A stretch of 20,086 nucleotides of DNA. Origin: Peribolospora baueri. Its lineage: Eukaryota. Each line of letters starts with the position of its first letter. The first letter of the stretch is position 1. A program made the translations under genes and the position numbers. Positions 1-9,774 of the stretch are shown here, piece by piece. The notes beneath the pieces were generated by a model. It saw only the letters and a list, made by a program, of their open reading frames with translations. It did no database searches and was not told where the DNA came from. The DNA is taken from NCBI GenBank assembly GCA_029717555.1, contig JAMDHS010000090.1, forward strand, positions 62,001 to 82,086, given 5' to 3'.

Positions 1-17
1 GTTATCGCGTTGGCCCT

Positions 18-165
18 TGGGATGGGATGGGATGGTCCGTGCGCCAAGGAGGAAGGAAGGGAGGAAGGGAGGGAGAAAGGGAGAGGCGCGACGGCGCTGC
101 TCGCTCCTTCCTTTTCCTTCCTCGACGCCCGTCCGTCTGTCTGTTTGTCTGTTTGTCTGTTTGTC
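18..165. repeat. Low-complexity tracts (GGGAT)3, (GGAA/GGGA)n and (TCTG/TTTG)n
   Basis: Seen directly at ~18-34, ~48-85 and ~135-165. Confidence 0.7.
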
Positions 166-186
166 TCGGCGTTGTTAAATTCCTTC

Positions 187-231
187 TTTTTTACTTTTAT
201 TTTTTATTTTTATTTTTATTTTTATTTTTTT
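187..231. repeat. (TTTTTA)n simple repeat; on the minus strand it gives tandem AATAAA, a candidate polyadenylation region for the MIM1-domain gene
   Basis: The repeat is seen directly ~310 nt downstream of the stop at 541. The poly(A) role is inference. Confidence 0.7.
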
Positions 232-504
232 CGCTCGTCTTCTTCTTCTTCTACTTCTTCCGATTCGCGACGTGTAAAAGCGTGGCGTGTAATGTTGGGG
301 CATAGGCAAAGTCTCTTCGGCGGCGGCGGCGGTCGGTCGATCGTCCATTGGCGGAGTCGCGACCGGGGCCGGGGCCGATGAGAGGTCGCTCCGTCGTTCG
401 TTCGTTCGTTCTGTTCGTTGGAAGTTCCCCTCCAGACAGAGAGGGAGAGGGAGAGGAAATGCATAGCAAGACTTTTGGCGGAAAAGAGGCGGCCGAGGAT
501 ACCT

Positions 505-531
505 GCGCTCGCGCTCGCGCTCGCGCTCGCG
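505..531. repeat. (GCGCTC)4 microsatellite just 3' of the MIM1-domain stop codon
   Basis: gcgctcgcgctcgcgctcgcgctcgcg seen directly. Confidence 0.85.
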
Positions 532-540
532 GACGACGCC

Positions 541-3240
541 CTACTCCCGCCGCTCCCCGTCCTCCCTCCTCCCCGCCGCCCTCATCCCAAGCGCCCCGCC
601 GCGCAAGCTGGCCGTCGACGTCGACGTCCTCTCTCCCCTCGTCCCGCCGGCGCCGCCACGGCCGAGGCCGACCCAAGGCGCGAGGACGACACGGGCAAAG
701 ATCTCTCCGAAACCGAGCATGACGCCGTTGACAAACGGAAGCAACAGGTTGATCGTCACGCTCGACATCGCCAGGCCCATGCGCCGGGACAAGGAGAGGC
801 CTGGGCTGAAAATGGAGAGGGTAAGGCTCGAGCTCGGATCCACGCGCGAGTCCTCCTCCTCGTCCTCGGAGCGACCGGTGTGAGAAGTGCTCCGAGGCAC
901 GACGCGGGGCGCTCCAGCCGACGCAGATCGCACCGTCTCAGGTTGCGAGGGCTCCAGCTTGTCTTTGAGTTTCGACACGACGTCGTGGCCGGCGGCAGCG
1001 CTCGACTTGGTAGCGTCGCCACCGCCGGACGACGACAACGACCGTTCAGCACGAGCCCAGGCGAAAGGGTCGTCGATCTCCCTCTGGTCCGCCGCGCCGT
1101 CCGGACCGTCGCGGTCTCGCTTGGAAGAAGAAGACGACTCCGACTCGTTGATCGCTGCTTCGGGCGCGCCCTCCTCGAGCTTGGGTCGTTTGGCGTCCTC
1201 CTCGCTCCTCTGAACGGCGCCCTCGAGCTCCTTCCGGATACGGTCATCCTCTCCGCTCGTCGCCTTCGGCGGCTCTTGCGCCTCGGCCTTGGCCGCGGTA
1301 CCGCCTTGAGCGGAAGTGTTGCCCTCAGCCTCCTCGGCCTTGCCCTCGGCTTCTTGAGCCCGACGTTGCCTAAGCTCCTCTTCCTCGGCGGCGCGCAGCT
1401 GATCCTCTTCAAACTTCATCTTGTACAGAGGACTCTTGGGGTCCTCGAGCAGAGACGCTTCGCTGGACATGCGCGAGAGGGTCGACTCGCGCACGATCTG
1501 ACGTGCCGCAATTGCCCGAGGGCTCATCCCGTCCGTCACAGTCACGCTCGACCGACGCACTTCGCCCACGGGGCCGTCGAAAGACATGACCGCCTCGCGG
1601 TCGTCGTTCACCTCGTCCTCCAGCTCGAGCTCGAGCGCGCTCGAAGCGCCGTTCACAGCGGCGCTCGCATCGTTCGCGTTCGTAGCCGCCGGAGAGACAG
1701 TACCGGACGTGAACGACTCCTGTACGAGCTCGGGGCCGGGCAGGCCGGGAGAGGAAGAAAGCGGACGGCTGCCACCCACGCGGGGAGAGGCGCGAGCGGA
1801 AGCGACGATGGCAGAGTCGAAGGACAGCCGACGTTGGGGCCAAGGAGCTGTGTCTGCCTTACCGCGGCCGTCCTCGTCCGCCGAGTCGGCCGGCTCGGGG
1901 TCGGCGCTCAGCGACGCATCTACCTCGTCAAGCGTCGGCGGGGCCACCGTGGCCGTCTGCGCTGAAGCCGAAGGCTGTTCGGCCGACGGAGCAGCATTGT
2001 CGTCGTGGTTTGGCAGGGGCTCGATATTCTGTCCGTTGGCGGTCGTGTCCGACGTCTTGATCACTTCTCCGGCCGTTTTAGGCTCGTCGCTCCCGAGCAC
2101 TTCCGTCTCCTGCCTCTGCATCTCGGTCTGCGACGTGGCTGGGACTGGCGCGACCTCTTCCGCCATGCTAGGTGCCGCCACTGCGGGTTCGGTAGGAGGA
2201 GCGGTTTGGAGCGAGGGCTCAGGACGGCCGTCCTCCAGCGACTTGGGCACGTCCGGCGTCTCGCTCCTCAGGGGCGTGTTGGCGCCGCTCTCGTCGGTCT
2301 CTTCTTCCTCCCCCTCTCCGTTGATACCAGAAGCAGCGCCGGCCGCCTTCTTGGCCTTCTTCTTCTTCTTCTTTGCCTTCTCTGCGCTACCGCCGCTGCC
2401 GGCCGGACTGGGCGCCCGCCTTCCGATTCCTTCCTCCGGGTCGAGCGGGTCGAGACCCTCAGAGATGCGTTGGTCGTTCACCTTCTTCCTCAGCTCGGCC
2501 AAGCTGGAGGCGGAGTGATGGAGGGCGTGAGTGGCCCCGGACTTTTTCTTCGTCATGCCGCGCTTTTCCTTATCCTCGCCGGATTCGGGGAAGAGGGCGA
2601 GCGGGGTAGGGGGCGTGGAAGGACGGGACGGAACGTTGAGCGACGGCGAAGACGAGCCGACGAGGACGGGGAGCTTGCTTCCTTTGCGGTGCTTGACGCT
2701 CTTGTGCGGTCGCCCGGAACTGGTGGCACTCGGACTCGGACTGGGCGTAAGGCGCAGAGAGTCGAAGCTCGAGCTCGGTTTGAGTCTGAGCGGTCCGAGG
2801 GGAGTGTCGGGGTGTGCGCTCGGGTTACTGCTCGTCCGTTGGCGGGGAGAGAGCGAGGCGCGGCTGATTGTGCGATCGCGGCGAGAGGGGGAGTGGGGGG
2901 AGACGAAAGAAGTTGTGGAGGTGAACGAGAGAGACGAGCGCGGACGGAGAGGCTGTTCTGGAGACGACCGTTCTGCCTTGCTGTATGGCGAGTCTGGGGA
3001 GAGAGAAGGTGTGGTGCGCGAGGGCGAGGGCGATGGAGTCCTGAGGGTGGAGTGCGAGCGGGTGGGAAGGGGAATGGAAGATGACTTGTGAGCGGTGGCT
3101 CTTACTGGGCTGGCCGAAGGGGAGCGAGAAGGAGAGGGAAGGGGGATGAGAGAAGGGGATGGCGACGACCGCGGTTGGATGGGAGGAGGAGGAGGAGGAG
3201 TAGAGACAGCGGGCGTAGACGAAGAGAGGCGGGTGGACAT
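541..3240 (-). CDS. MIM1: 899-aa intronless protein: long Ser/Pro/acidic disordered N-terminus plus C-terminal mitochondrial import protein Mim1 (TOM13 family) membrane domain
   Basis: Uninterrupted ATG(3240)-TAG(541) ORF preceded by a pyrimidine-rich leader on the minus strand. The C-terminal motif TINLLLPFVNGVMLGFGEIFARVV (~685-756) matches the Mim1/Tom13 signature INLxLPFxNGxMLGFGExxA. The true start codon is not verified. Confidence 0.8.
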   Translation of the reverse strand: MSTRLSSSTPAVSTPPPPPPIQPRSSPSPSLIPLPSPSRSPSASPVRATAHKSSSIPLPTRSHSTLRTPSPSPSRTTPSLSPDSPYSKAERSSPEQPLRPRSSLSFTSTTSFVSPHSPSRRDRTISRASLSPRQRTSSNPSAHPDTPLGPLRLKPSSSFDSLRLTPSPSPSATSSGRPHKSVKHRKGSKLPVLVGSSSPSLNVPSRPSTPPTPLALFPESGEDKEKRGMTKKKSGATHALHHSASSLAELRKKVNDQRISEGLDPLDPEEGIGRRAPSPAGSGGSAEKAKKKKKKAKKAAGAASGINGEGEEEETDESGANTPLRSETPDVPKSLEDGRPEPSLQTAPPTEPAVAAPSMAEEVAPVPATSQTEMQRQETEVLGSDEPKTAGEVIKTSDTTANGQNIEPLPNHDDNAAPSAEQPSASAQTATVAPPTLDEVDASLSADPEPADSADEDGRGKADTAPWPQRRLSFDSAIVASARASPRVGGSRPLSSSPGLPGPELVQESFTSGTVSPAATNANDASAAVNGASSALELELEDEVNDDREAVMSFDGPVGEVRRSSVTVTDGMSPRAIAARQIVRESTLSRMSSEASLLEDPKSPLYKMKFEEDQLRAAEEEELRQRRAQEAEGKAEEAEGNTSAQGGTAAKAEAQEPPKATSGEDDRIRKELEGAVQRSEEDAKRPKLEEGAPEAAINESESSSSSKRDRDGPDGAADQREIDDPFAWARAERSLSSSGGGDATKSSAAAGHDVVSKLKDKLEPSQPETVRSASAGAPRVVPRSTSHTGRSEDEEEDSRVDPSSSLTLSIFSPGLSLSRRMGLAMSSVTINLLLPFVNGVMLGFGEIFARVVLAPWVGLGRGGAGGTRGERTSTSTASLRGGALGMRAAGRREDGERRE

Positions 3241-3605
3241 GGAATAATGGAACGGCGGGCGTATCCGGCTGGGCGAGGAGGAAGGAAGAGGAAGGAGGAG
3301 AAGAAGAAAGACAACGACGACGAGGTTGACGGTCTGTCTCGCTGCTCACCTCCAAGCTGCTGCTGAAGCTGGTGAAGCTGCTGGTAGTGGTGGTAGTGGT
3401 CACGCACCAAAGTCGACGTCGTTGGTGAGTCGAAAGCGGGCGAAGCAAAGGCGTCTGCTGGACTACCACCTTGTCGTGCGAGGGAAGGAAGAAAGGTCGA
3501 AGCCGGACGATGACGACCTTTTTCATTTCTTGTCCAGCGACGGAGGCAAACGCGATCGCGGGCCTTCACGGAACACGACAGGCGCGACGACGGCGACCGA
3601 CGCTC

Positions 3606-3666
3606 GACACAGACACCGACCCGACACAGGCACAGACACAGACACTGACACAGACACAGACACACA
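3606..3666. repeat. Imperfect (GACACA)n microsatellite between ARP2 and the MIM1-domain gene
   Basis: About ten degenerate GACACA units, ~100 nt downstream of the ARP2 stop. Confidence 0.85.
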
Positions 3667-3765
3667 ACGGTGAGGGGAATCATTATCATTCCAATTCTCA
3701 TCTCCTATCCACCCATCTCTACAGACAGCTCCTCCAGGCATCCGCCCACCCGGTGGCCCCTTCCT

Positions 3766-5816
3766 TCAGCCAGCCCGGCCCAGCTTGTCCAGACTACGAA
3801 CGCCCTGCTCGTACCACTCCTCGCGCGACACCCAGAACGTTTCACGGTTCTTCATAATGTCCGCCAACACGGCGCCGCCGAGGAACACCATGTGCTTCCG
3901 CCGCGGCGGGTCCTCGATGCGAATCTTGAATTTCTGTCCGGGTCGAACCGAGCCCCAGAATGAAAGCGTCAGCCGGTCCCCAAGCCCGCGGTATTCAAGA
4001 AAAAAAAAAGCTGAGACGCACGTTCAACCGGCTCGCATCGCCTCCCAAGACGCGGGTCAGGTAGAGCTGTTTCATCTCCTTCTCCAGTCGAGAAGGCAGC
4101 CCTGGGTACATCGACGACCCGCCGGAGAGGACAATGTGCTTGTACAGTTCCGTCCTCGTGTCCACCGCCGCAGCTTGGATCGTGTTGAAGAGCAGTTCTG
4201 AACCATTCCGTCGCCGAATACGCTCCGCTCTAAGCACTCGACTCATGATTCGGACAACCACTCCAGACGGACGAAAATATCCACTTACCTGCTACACCAG
4301 GCTGTTCCACGTCCACAAGATGCGGCTGGAACATACACTCTGGAGCTTCGAAACGCTCCGAGCCGACGCTGATAGTGCGTCCGTCGGGGAGCTGAAGCGA
4401 GCAACGAAACACGCGGGGCTTCAACACCACAAGTGTCGATCCAGCGAGGAATCGCCTTGACTCACCGTATAACTTTCGACAAGCGTCGTCGTCTCCTCTG
4501 ACAGCCTCTTATCAAGGTCGAGGTCGTAGCTATCGATGGAAATGGACGGGCCAACGGAAGTTTCATGCGACGACAACAAACAAAAGCTCGTAAGAGACGA
4601 AACAAGCGGCAGCATGGACTCCCCTGCCCGCCACCTCCGCCACCCACCTAACGTAGCAAAGCTTCTCCTTGATCTGCCTCACCGTCTCAAAGTCGGCGGT
4701 ACGGTTGAAAGCGTAGCCGCGCATGAGCAGGAGCTTGATCAAGTACCGCGTCACGTCCCGTCCGGCCACGTCGAGTCGGCGAGTGAGGTGAGGCAGCGCA
4801 AAACCCTCGTACACGGGCACGATGTGCGTCACACCGTCTCCAGAGTCGACGACCACGCCAGTTTGGAGACCTGCAGCGAGGAACACAGAGATACGGTATA
4901 GATGAGTACGAACCAGCTCGAGAAGGCCTAAGATGACAGCTGCATGCCGTGCGACTCGGAAATCCGAATCTCCCTAGGAAACAAAGAAAAAGGGTCGCTT
5001 TCACAAGCAAGGCCAGGCCTGTGGGTGTATCTTGCCCATTTCGAGCCGATCGCTTCTCGGCATGCCAAGCTCCAAAACTCGACGTCTCCCAGTAACCAGA
5101 TCACCGCCTCGAGCCAGGCCACACCCCTACTCACCCTGAGCATATAGCGTCAAAACGGCCTGGATGGCGACGTAGACGTGGCTGAACCCGTACTCCTCAA
5201 ACATAACCTGGCACATCTTCTCCCTGTTCGCCTTGGGGTTCATGGGCGGCTCGGTGAGGAGCACCTTCTTCCCCACGGGATCCATGCGGAGCTTCTCGTC
5301 AAAGGTATAATTCCAAACGTGGCGCATGTCCTCCCAATTCTTGATCACACCGTGCTCCAGCGGCTGCGTCACCTGCAGATAGGTGCGCAGCTGCGCCGCC
5401 TCGTCGCCCACCATGATGTCCTTGATCTCCGTTGTACCCATGTGTCGCTCCTCGGCGCGCAAGATGGGTCGGCCGACAATCGAAGGGAAAACTGGCAAGC
5501 AAAACAAACACGAAGCAGCATCGAGGGTGAGACGACGACGTAAGCGAGCGGGCAACTCACCCATCAACAAACTCCCCAGGACGATGCGAACGAACCGTCT
5601 CGCCCCCATCACTCACCATGTTCGGGGAAGTTAGCGCCGGCCCAACCAACCTTGACAAACTGCAGACCGAGGCGGCAGCGATGGCAAAAAAGGAGGGCGA
5701 AATGAGCGTCTAGGGTGGTCTGTGAGGGAAGATACGTCCACCACCAGATGCGAGAGGGTCAGGTCAGCTCGGCTCACCCCCGTGCCATTGTCGATGATGA
5801 GCGGCCGATCATCCAT
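3766..5816 (-). CDS. ARP2: Actin-related protein 2 (Arp2/3 complex subunit), 390 aa, 8 exons
   Basis: Exons (minus): 5816-5778, 5659-5617, 5491-5135, 4870-4648, 4529-4466, 4391-4289, 4197-4022, 3933-3766. All introns are GT-AG and the total is 1173 nt in frame. Motifs [85 protein letters not shown] and [19 protein letters not shown] are diagnostic of Arp2 rather than actin. Confidence 0.97.
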
Positions 5817-6322
5817 GTTTGCCGAGGCTCAGTCAGTTCGAAGGCGGAGAGCAGGAGTATTGGAGACGCGACGGGCAGACCGAGTGGCGCCTCGTTTGAG
5901 ATGAGAAGTAAGCTAGTCCTCGAGAAGGCGCAGGGCGTTGGCGTTTGTTGGTCGTTCGTCCGTCGTTCGATTAATCGCCCACCACCCATCCGATCGCGTA
6001 GCCCGGTGGGCGAAGTAGCCGCAGCAGGACATCTTCCCACGACGAATGAAGGGCTGAAAATACGTTGTTAATTATCAATTAGTAGAAATCGTCTGGGCGA
6101 TAACGACGGCGCTTGGGTATTTATTTGTACATTGACGTATTCATATGCTCTTCAAACTATCACGATCCAATGCTGGCGTCTCAAGACCATGTCTGTCGTC
6201 ACCGCTAGCTTTTTCCTTCCTCTCACTGGCACTTGATTAATGAGGTCGCGGCCATACGCCATTATGGCTACTTCGGATTGACGTCGCCTGCACCGCCACG
6301 TGGTCTTGTCGCCTTCCGTCTC

Positions 6323-9232
6323 CTATGCGCGACGTCCGCTGCCGCCATGGAAAGTGTCAGCGAATACTCGGGCGCAGGTACCTCTCCTGCCAAAAGGGGA
6401 GGCGAAGGGCATGCGCGACCCTTCGTGGCGCGCTTTGAGATTGCGCGCGACCTCGGAACGAGGAAGGCTTGAGTGCTCGAGCCCCATCTTCTTGAACACA
6501 GATCCTGGCCTGCCGAGAGAGGATCGTAAGAGGGACGTGGACGGCAGGGAATGCGGAGCGGAGCGGCTCAGCATACGCCTTCCATCACTCATTCTCACCT
6601 GGCGGCCCGCGCGGGAACACCGGCCCTACTCGGGCCCTGGACCGGGTAGACGCCATCCTCGGCCAATCTCGTCTTCAGTCTCTCAAGCGCAGGACTGAGC
6701 TTGCCCCCGCTGTTAGTCGGCTGGTCGTACGCGATCTGCTGTCCTGCCAGGCAGTACGACTGACCCTTGGCTTTGAAGGTGGAAAACCCCGACCGACCGA
6801 TCTCGGAGCGGGTGGCCGGTGTCGTCTGTTGGGAACGTCTGGCTCGTCCAGCTCGCGCGAGGGTAAGAGCACGTGGTCCGAAGGCCTCCTCGTCCTCGGC
6901 GTCCCAATACTCTTCAAGAACGGGTGCCACATATCAAAGGTCGGTCATAAATTGAGCTACCCCGAACGCTACGCTCGCTTCATGGTGTCATCGCTGCGAG
7001 AGGCTCTATTGCACTCACCAGCCGACTCGTCTGCACTATCTAAGCGTTTCTCTTCCATTGGACATTCGCGCCATTCGTCCTCATTTCCTAGTTCTCCAAA
7101 GCGACTCTCGTGATCGCCCATCCAAGGTTGGGGGACTCCATCTCGGTGTTGCCGACGGTGAATATTTTCAATGGCCTGTCTCTGGAATGCGAGGTTTCGC
7201 ATGACAGATGTGCTGCGACGGAAAAGGTATTCGACGTTGAGTCGTCCTTCATCGACACCGACAACACGGAAGCTCGGCACTCACCGCATGCGTTCGTCCT
7301 CAGATCCACTTTGCGTCTCATCGTCCGTGAACGTGATCGCGTATGGCCAGGCGTCGCGATCGCAGAGCTGATTGATCGTGTCGCTGAGCCCATCCTGCTT
7401 GGCTGTGCCAGCCTGTAACCTTTGCCCGCGTTCCCTGCCGTTGGTTTCCTTTCCTTCGTCTTCGAAAGGATCAGGACGCGCCATAGGTGGAGGTTCACTC
7501 ATCGTCAACCCGGGATGAGCGTGAAGGCCAGACCGGTGCATATTCCTGCCCCGGGTATTGGACGTTGACGGGGCTCTTTGGCCCCTCATATTGGCAGCAA
7601 AGCTGCTGGTATCGTGAATGTCGGAATGAATGGAAATGCGGTCGAATTCGACACGCCTATCGTTACCATATTCCAAGTCACCGATGGCGCCAACGTTGGC
7701 CAAGGTAAATGTTCCCTGATGTATGCGCGTGTCGCCAAAGCTCGCGCACTGAGAGCCATACGATGCTGATGAGGACGTACGACTGGCTGTCTGGGAGCCA
7801 ATCGTCGGCTGTAGGCTCCAGTGGAGCTCCGCCTGTGAGTACTGCTCACGCCAGAGGTCACGAGTCGACACGCAGGGCGCGACAATGGCGGTCGAGAGGC
7901 GCAAGAGCTCTGCGGTGAGGTCACGTTTGTCCTCGTCCTTCGCACCGAATGGATCCACTTCTTCCTCACTGCCAACGTCGCTCTCTTCCTCGTCGTCGGC
8001 CATACCCTCTTCGGCGGCGACAGTGGCAGTCAGATACGGTCCGGGGTCATCGTCCGGCTGCGGAGAGCATGAGCGAGAACGCTGAGCGCGGCTCTTGCCC
8101 TTGCCGATAAAGGTGGGGCTGAAAAGGTCACTAGAGTCATCGTTACAGTCGTCCATGTCCAGCTGCTGACCGGCGTCTTCGTCGTCAGCCAGGTGTCCTT
8201 CCGACGGAAAGGATGGCAGCGCGAGTCCGCACTCGAAGGCCGGACGCAGCTTTGAGACGGATATATGCGGCGCATGCTCGTTGGGATCAAGCAGAGCCGG
8301 TTCGAAAGGCATAGCCTGGACAGCGACTTGACTGCGTAAGAATAGACCGAGGATGCTGTGGAGATGAAAACCGTGAGCGTGTGCATAAGCGATGAGCTTG
8401 GGTACCTCCTCCGGATGCCCTGTTCGTCTTATCTACCCCGTCGCAACACTCGCCTGTCGCTAGGCACCTCGAAGCTCCTCTTTCTGAACCTCTGCTGCAG
8501 TTCTTCGCCTCGTTCTCCGAGAAGGAACTTGAAACTCGACGGGAATGACGCGGCGCTTTCTGCCTCGTCCTCGTTCCCTTCGTGGAGGAGCTCACCGACC
8601 ATGCCGAAGGGCGAGCGTCGGCGAGCCCGATAATCACCGTTTCTCTGAGGCGCTACGGGTGTTGAGGTAAGGACAGCGCTAGCTTGTAGATCGTCATCCG
8701 AGTCGCCAAAGTAAGTTGGTGGCGTGCTCGAGTTGGAAAGCGACCGACCACTTTTCCGACGCTGTGCAAGTGCGACGTGCTCCAGTTTCGCGTCGACGAT
8801 CGAAGTGCTTTCAGCATGGCCAGCTTGCCCCTTTGCATCCAGCGAAACCCCTACCGGGGCAACCCGCTCTAACTTCTCGCCATGCCCGTCGGCTGCTCTA
8901 TTTTCGAGTCGGAGCATTTCACGTTCCTCGATGCTGTTGTCGGAAATGAGTTCTTCCATGTTGGGCCCGACCATTCCCAATGACCGGCGAGGGCTGGACG
9001 ACTGGTCGCGGCTCAAAGCGGGCCTGGCGGAACCGCTGCCGCTGTTGAGAGAGACACCCTTGTGGGCGAATGCGGCAAAGGCGACCGCCTGGCTTGGCTG
9101 TTCGGTCGTTTGAGGTGTCTTGCCGAAGTTCTCTCGAGGGCAAGCGTCCGAGTCGGCATGCGACGCGGTCGAATCCGAGCCGATGAGCGAGCTGTCGAGG
9201 TGCTGGAAGGGGCTGAGGTGGGCTTGGAACAT
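6323..9232 (-). CDS. Hypothetical, largely disordered Ser/Asp/Arg-rich protein (~847 aa, 5 exons); no family recognised
   Basis: Consecutive minus-strand ORF blocks join in frame as exons 9232-8454, 8355-7285, 7212-7019, 6911-6599, 6509-6323 (2544 nt). Donors are GCGAGT, GTGAGT, GTGAGT, GTGAGA; acceptors are CAG, CAG, AAG, CAG. Intron 1 (GC-AG) and the intron 3 acceptor are the least certain. Confidence 0.6.
8356..8453 (-). other. Predicted non-canonical GC-AG intron (98 nt) of the hypothetical gene
   Basis: AG|GCGAGT donor, GCTCAC branch-like site and TTTTCATCTCCACAG acceptor. Its removal restores the frame between the 8429..9232 and 7281..8312 ORFs. Confidence 0.6.
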
Positions 9233-9774
9233 GGTGTGGACGACTGAAGAGAAGTGACAACGTAGAGAGGGACGGAGGACACTAGGTGGGCGGGTGAGAA
9301 GAGATAGGGATGTAGATTAATGATTGGCGCCTACTCGGTCGCTTCAGTAGGCACTGGCAAGAGTATATGCTCCACCAGCAGGTGATAAATGGAGATGGTG
9401 GGAGAGTGATGAAGGGAGGCAAAAACGGGAGAAAGAGCGAGGGAAGCGGGAGGGGGCCGGTCGAGCGGTCGAGGGAGGGCGAGTGAAGGAGCGCTCGGGC
9501 CACGCGGGACGACGTGACGCGGATCGAGCGCGGAGGAAATCCATTGTGCGTCGAAGACACTCGTATACGTGCATCTTCCCGAGAAAATCGCGCTGCTTGG
9601 GCAGAGAGGATGTGGCCCGGTATTGGAGAATAGAAATACAGATGTTCCAGTCAGTGCCGACGGATAACGGTGCAGAGATACATGATATCGTGTACACGCG
9701 CCGGTTGCGATGCGAGCAGCCGAAGGAGCGAGAGAGGACAAGATGCAGGAGAGGCCTCTGCTACAGCAAATTGA

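Noticed and set aside
418..3091. Long plus-strand ORFs (515, 310, 359, 186 aa) opposite the MIM1-domain gene
   Set aside because: These are antisense shadows of a GC-rich coding sequence with Arg/Leu/Gly- or Ser-biased composition and no motifs, and several lack an ATG start.
3606..3666. Regular repeats as a CRISPR array or transposon end
   Set aside because: This is a hexamer microsatellite with no spacers, terminal repeats or transposase, in a eukaryotic context.
2825..3701. Minus-strand ORFs of 233 and 199 aa overlapping the MIM1 start, considered as uORFs
   Set aside because: They translate microsatellite and pyrimidine tracts and probably begin upstream of the TSS or in the ARP2 3' UTR.
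4871..5134. TPP riboswitch in the long ARP2 intron
   Set aside because: There is no CUGAGA core, and ARP2 has no link to thiamine metabolism.
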